Origin: a virus
Lineage: Duplodnaviria > Caudoviricetes
Virus record (IMG/VR): IMGVR_UViG_3300032332_002270
Location: 1 to 28,540 of that record
Strand: one strand, 5' to 3'
DNA length: 28,540 bases
In this document: positions 25,060-28,540 of the stretch, piece by piece
Numbering within the stretch: the first letter of the stretch is position 1
Layout of the letters: each line of letters begins with the position of its first letter
Program-made: the position numbers and the translations under genes
The notes under the pieces: generated by a model
What the model was told of the DNA's origin: nothing
The model's database searches: none
Seen by the model: the letters and a program-made list of their open reading frames with translations, nothing else

Positions 25060-25803
25060 ATGGCCGACACGATGAGCAACTACTTTAGCCACCTTTCGAA
25101 AGGTCGCCTTCTGACCCGTGAGGAAGAGGTTGTGCTCTCTCAGCGAATCGAGGCAGGCGACGCATACGCACGCAAGCAGATGATTGAGTGTAATCTTCGT
25201 CTCGCCGTTTCCATCGCGAAGCGTCACCAGCGTAGCGGCTGTAATCTTGAAGATCTCATTCAGGAATCGAATGTCGGTCTCATCAAGGCAGTCGATCGGT
25301 TTGATTGGCGCCGCGGCTTCAAGTTCTCGACCTACGCGAGCTGGTGGATCAAGCAGGCTGTCCGACGTCACGTGACCGACTCCGCATCTGATATTCGCGT
25401 GCCTGCTCATATGAACTCTCTGGCATGGCACATCTCCGTCTTCGTTGAGGAATATGAATCGAAGTTCAACACGAAGCCGACTCACGAAGAAATCGCCGCG
25501 ATGATGTGCATTACGGTTGATGCTGTCAAGGAAGTTCTGAGCAGCAGCGGCGTTCGAAGCACCGTTTCGCTCGACGCGATGATCGGTGATGCCGATGGCA
25601 AGAAAGTCATTGAGACGATTCCTGATGACAATGCCGAGCTTCCCGACGACGCGATTGATCGCCAGAAGATTATGCGTGCAATCGGCTTGTGCCTGGATAA
25701 GCTGACTCCGCGTGAGGAGCAGGTTCTTCGTCTGCGGTTTGGTGTTTCCGATGTGCAGAATGATGACATGTTTGAATCCCGTCTTTTTACAGGAGGTGAG
25801 TGA
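25060..25803 (+). CDS. RNA polymerase sigma70-family factor (regions 1.2-4.1), lacking the region 4.2 HTH
   Basis: LLTREEE, NLRLAVSIAKR, DLIQESNVGLIKAVDRFD, GFKFSTYASWWIKQA, IRVPAH, PTHEEIA, VSLD, LTPREEQVLRLRFG, then a stop about 19 aa later. Confidence 0.92.
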   Translation: MADTMSNYFSHLSKGRLLTREEEVVLSQRIEAGDAYARKQMIECNLRLAVSIAKRHQRSGCNLEDLIQESNVGLIKAVDRFDWRRGFKFSTYASWWIKQAVRRHVTDSASDIRVPAHMNSLAWHISVFVEEYESKFNTKPTHEEIAAMMCITVDAVKEVLSSSGVRSTVSLDAMIGDADGKKVIETIPDDNAELPDDAIDRQKIMRAIGLCLDKLTPREEQVLRLRFGVSDVQNDDMFESRLFTGGE

Positions 25804-26099
25804 TGGCTAAACCCAAGGGTCATAAAGCTGAGAATGGTTACTCTGTCTTCACTGAGTTCGATGGAGGTTTGGGTTACAAGGATATTGCGGAGAAGATGAC
25901 CGAGTCAGGTCATAAAATGAATCTCTCGACCGCACGCAATGTCCTCGTGTCTGCCCTTGATAAGGTTGCGCGGGGTGTCTGCGAAGTATATGGTGTCCCT
26001 GCGACTGAAGAACGCCTCAAGAAGATTGCAGCTGACCCACGATTCCAGTCAGGTGTCTATGACATCCTTAGCACGCGGTCTAAGAGCACGCCTAAGTAA
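25803..26099 (+). CDS. HTH protein resembling a detached sigma region 4.2
   Basis: AGGAGG RBS 25791-25796, TGATG coupling, LGYKDIAEKM...MNLSTARNVLVSALDKVA. Confidence 0.65.
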   Translation: MAKPKGHKAENGYSVFTEFDGGLGYKDIAEKMTESGHKMNLSTARNVLVSALDKVARGVCEVYGVPATEERLKKIAADPRFQSGVYDILSTRSKSTPK

Positions 26100-26125
26100 T
26101 TCAGGCTCAAAGCCTGGAGGACGTC

Positions 26126-26353
26126 ATGGATGATTGTGTGTATGATCCCACTTCGAAGCAGATTTTCCTACGGTTCAACAGAACCGTTATCTCAGTAGAG
26201 CTCGAAGAATTTATGGACGTCCTCTATTGCATACAAGACGCGAAGCGCGTTATTCAAGAGGATCCAGAAGTAAGTCTTGCCGAATACACAGATGAAGATG
26301 GTAAGGTGTGGCAAGAATTCATTGTAAATGATACTAGTAATGGTTACAATTAA
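26126..26353 (+). CDS. Acidic hypothetical protein
   Basis: GGAGG RBS, 75 aa. Confidence 0.7.
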   Translation: MDDCVYDPTSKQIFLRFNRTVISVELEEFMDVLYCIQDAKRVIQEDPEVSLAEYTDEDGKVWQEFIVNDTSNGYN

Positions 26354-26369
26354 TCACTTGGAGGTTTAG

Positions 26370-26582
26370 ATGGACACTGAATCGGTACGTGAGCTTGTAG
26401 ATAAGATTTCGCAGATTGACCATGAGATTAAGCTGCTACAGGATGACCGCAAGGGTCTCCTCGATGAGTACAAGGAGAAGCTTGATATCAAGGCATTTAA
26501 GGCTGCGATGCGAATCGTTAAGCTGCGAGAGAATGTTGATTCGACTGAACTTGACAACATCATTGAGGTCCTTGAAAAGTAA
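26370..26582 (+). CDS. GapR/DUF2312 / T4 DsbA-like dsDNA-binding protein
   Basis: GGAGGT RBS. VRELVDKISQIDHEIKLLQDDRKGLLDEYKEKLDIKAFKAAMRIVK matches the family pattern. Confidence 0.7.
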   Translation: MDTESVRELVDKISQIDHEIKLLQDDRKGLLDEYKEKLDIKAFKAAMRIVKLRENVDSTELDNIIEVLEK

Positions 26583-27047
26583 ATGCGTAAACAACTGACT
26601 CCTGCAGGCATGGCACGCCTTCAACAGCGCCTCAACATCATCAAAACTCAAGACCTGCTAAAGGCTCAGGAAGAGGTTGTCCGCTCGAGAGATGAGGGTA
26701 AGCTTGAAGAGAACGAGTCGTATCTCCAAGCGTTAGAACAGTTTAAGATGGTCGAACGCCGGGTCGCAGAACTTAACTCTGTCCTGAAGGCATATGAAGT
26801 TTCGACGGAAGCACCGCCTACTTCACATGTGGGATTTGGCAGTACCGTCATGGTCGAGGATGTTGATTCGGGTCGACAGAAGACACTCACGTTAGTCGGT
26901 GAGCCTGAAGCTGACCTCTCTTTGGGAACAGTTAGCATTACCTCACCGATTGGTTCATCACTTCTTGGTGCAACCGTTGGTGATCTTGTTGAGGTCGGTG
27001 CTCCGAAAGGTATCACTAGATACGAAGTTCTCCAGATTACCGCTTAA
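26583..27047 (+). CDS. greA: GreA/GreB-family transcription elongation factor
   Basis: LTPAGMARLQ, EGKLEENESY (GDLxENAEY-like), VGFGSTV, LVGEPEAD, SITSPIGSSLLG, VGD...APKG. Confidence 0.88.
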   Translation: MRKQLTPAGMARLQQRLNIIKTQDLLKAQEEVVRSRDEGKLEENESYLQALEQFKMVERRVAELNSVLKAYEVSTEAPPTSHVGFGSTVMVEDVDSGRQKTLTLVGEPEADLSLGTVSITSPIGSSLLGATVGDLVEVGAPKGITRYEVLQITA

Positions 27048-27069
27048 GAAAAGCGTCGATAAAATGGTG

Positions 27070-27105
27070 GGCTTGCTCGTTACAGTTCGAGCAAGCCATT
27101 TTATT
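27070..27105 (+). terminator. Intrinsic terminator after greA
   Basis: Stem GGCTTGCTCG (27070-27079) / CGAGCAAGCC (27088-27097) followed by ATTTTATT; stem can extend with upstream ATAAAATG. Confidence 0.75.
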
Positions 27106-27118
27106 AGGAGGGTGCCGC

Positions 27119-27691
27119 ATGAACATCTTCGTCCTCGACAAAGATCCTATTTTGGCAGCAAGAGATCACTGCGATCGCCATGTTATCAAGATGATACTTG
27201 AAAGTGCACAAATGCTTTCAACGGCACACTGGTCGTCATGGAGGCGAATTCTTAACCCGCCTCCGCTTAAGGGACAGAAGCTGATGCAGGAGTGGCTGGC
27301 ATCCAATGTTCCAGTTGAGCACAGACCTGCTTGGAAGATGACTCATGTGAATCACCCCTGCACTCAATGGGCAGGCCTATCGTGGGGTAATTACAGGTGG
27401 TTGAGTTTGCATGGGCAAGAGCTCTGTCGCGAATATACACGTCGCTATGGTCGTGAGCATAGCAGTCATTCCATCCACCGTTGGCTCTATTCACATGTGC
27501 CACCGCATTTTGAACACATGTCAGTCACACCTTTAGACATTACTCCGTTTGCGCTGGCGATGCCAGACGATTGTAAGGTTGCCGGTGACGCTGTACAATC
27601 ATATCGAAACTACTACATCAACCACAAGAAAAGGATGGCCAAGTGGGCGCACAGCAAGACACCAGCTTGGTGGCCGGAGGAAGGAAAGTGA
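27119..27691 (+). CDS. Pyrimidine-dimer DNA glycosylase / endonuclease V-like family protein
   Basis: MNIFVLD...HCDRHVIKMILESAQMLSTAH...THVNHPCTQW...EYTRRYGREH...TPFALAMPD...YRNYY. Confidence 0.8.
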   Translation: MNIFVLDKDPILAARDHCDRHVIKMILESAQMLSTAHWSSWRRILNPPPLKGQKLMQEWLASNVPVEHRPAWKMTHVNHPCTQWAGLSWGNYRWLSLHGQELCREYTRRYGREHSSHSIHRWLYSHVPPHFEHMSVTPLDITPFALAMPDDCKVAGDAVQSYRNYYINHKKRMAKWAHSKTPAWWPEEGK

Positions 27692-28540
27692 GCGATAATA
27701 CTCGTGTGATTGAACGTGAAGATTGGGTGGGCTTCTTCCCATTCAACGCGCCTCGGCAGGAGCAGGTTGATGCTATCAATTTCATCTTAAACTCCTTTCT
27801 TTCCCAGGGAAAGCGCTTCGTCATCGCTGATCTGGGCACCGGCGTTGGTAAGTCAGCTATCGCTGTCACTGTCGCTCGTTATCTGAACGCTCATGATCCT
27901 CCCCCGCCTGACAAGGCTTCTGACGGTAAGCCTGCTGTCGCACCCGGCGCGTGGTTCCTAACGACCCAAAAGATATTGCAGGAGCAGTATCTGTCTGACT
28001 TCGGCGGGGCCCGTGGCAATATGAAGTCAATCAGGTCATCTGCTAATTACACATGCGGTTTCTACAAGAAGATCAACTGCAGCGAGGGTCAGCAGATGCT
28101 TCGAGCTGCTGATCAATCCTCACGATTCTGGAAATCTTGCATGATGGGCTGCAAGTACAAACAGGAGAAGAAGGCATTCGTAGAAGCATCAGAATCGGTC
28201 ACAAACTTCTCCTATGCGTTGACCGAGTCTTCAGGCGGCTCGGGTAAGATTGGAAAGCGCAACCTTCTTGTCATAGACGAGTGCCATAATGCCGACCCTG
28301 AACTTTCGCGTCACATTGAGCTTACGATCACTGACCGCACAGCTGGGGCGATTGGTGTTGAGTGGCCTGAAGTTACGACTCACGCCCAGGCCGTCAAGTG
28401 GATCAAAGAAGCCTACCTCCTGTCAGCCCAGCGTGTCATCCTCGAGATGGAGCGTGATGTCCAAGATTTCAAGGGCCTTGAGGGTCACGAGAAGGAGTAC
28501 GCCGACCTCGTCAAGAAGACGACAGCGCTGAAATCTCACA
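27688..28540 (+). CDS. DinG/Rad3-family SF2 helicase, 3' end outside the window; not in the ORF track
   Basis: GTG 27688 (GTGA overlap). FPFNAPRQEQ (Q motif), ADLGTGVGKS (Walker A), TTQKILQEQY, Cys cluster NYTC...CSEG...CMMGC, VTNFSY, LLVIDECHN. Open to the window end. Confidence 0.88.
   Translation, partial: MSDNTRVIEREDWVGFFPFNAPRQEQVDAINFILNSFLSQGKRFVIADLGTGVGKSAIAVTVARYLNAHDPPPPDKASDGKPAVAPGAWFLTTQKILQEQYLSDFGGARGNMKSIRSSANYTCGFYKKINCSEGQQMLRAADQSSRFWKSCMMGCKYKQEKKAFVEASESVTNFSYALTESSGGSGKIGKRNLLVIDECHNADPELSRHIELTITDRTAGAIGVEWPEVTTHAQAVKWIKEAYLLSAQRVILEMERDVQDFKGLEGHEKEYADLVKKTTALKSH

Noticed and set aside
192-27869. Minus-strand ORFs (e.g. 1306-1959, 6415-6948, 24967-25485)
   Set aside because: All are antisense shadows of well-supported + strand genes, with no recognisable motifs.
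1-28540. CRISPR array, tRNA/rRNA genes, IS elements or integrase
   Set aside because: No regularly spaced direct repeats, cloverleaf with T-loop consensus, or transposase/integrase motifs were found by eye. Intergenic gaps are mostly too short.

Overview
A 28.5 kb, gene-dense block transcribed entirely from the + strand, read with the standard bacterial code. It looks like part of a large (jumbo/huge) tailed-phage genome; this is an inference from gene content, as no capsid or terminase gene is in the window. It holds four kinds of genes. (i) Replication and nucleotide metabolism: DnaE-type Pol III alpha, nucleoside 2-deoxyribosyltransferase-like protein, two NAD-dependent sugar epimerases, a dNMP kinase fused to a cytosine-type thymidylate-synthase-fold domain, thymidine kinase, DHH phosphoesterase, dCMP deaminase, 5'-3' exonuclease, pyrimidine-dimer glycosylase-like protein and DinG-like helicase. 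(ii) A cluster of probable late/virion genes (about 12.7-20.7 kb) sharing an upstream ATAnnTA motif and L/I-x-E-rich leaders, including an Fe/Mn SOD and a PCD-like protein. (iii) Chaperones: J-domain, GroEL, Hsp20. (iv) Transcription factors: sigma70-like, GapR/DsbA-like, GreA-like. Most notable: dnaE is interrupted inside its PHP motif by a 10-nt stop-containing insert flanked by synonymous Ser codons, directly downstream of an AT-rich free-standing endonuclease (candidate homing endonuclease plus ribosomal-bypass or split-gene cassette). The sigma factor lacks region 4.2, which appears to be encoded by the next gene. A recurrent CGTGCG-N17-TATAAT promoter is present. The nucleotide genes suggest a sugar-modified-cytosine DNA pathway.
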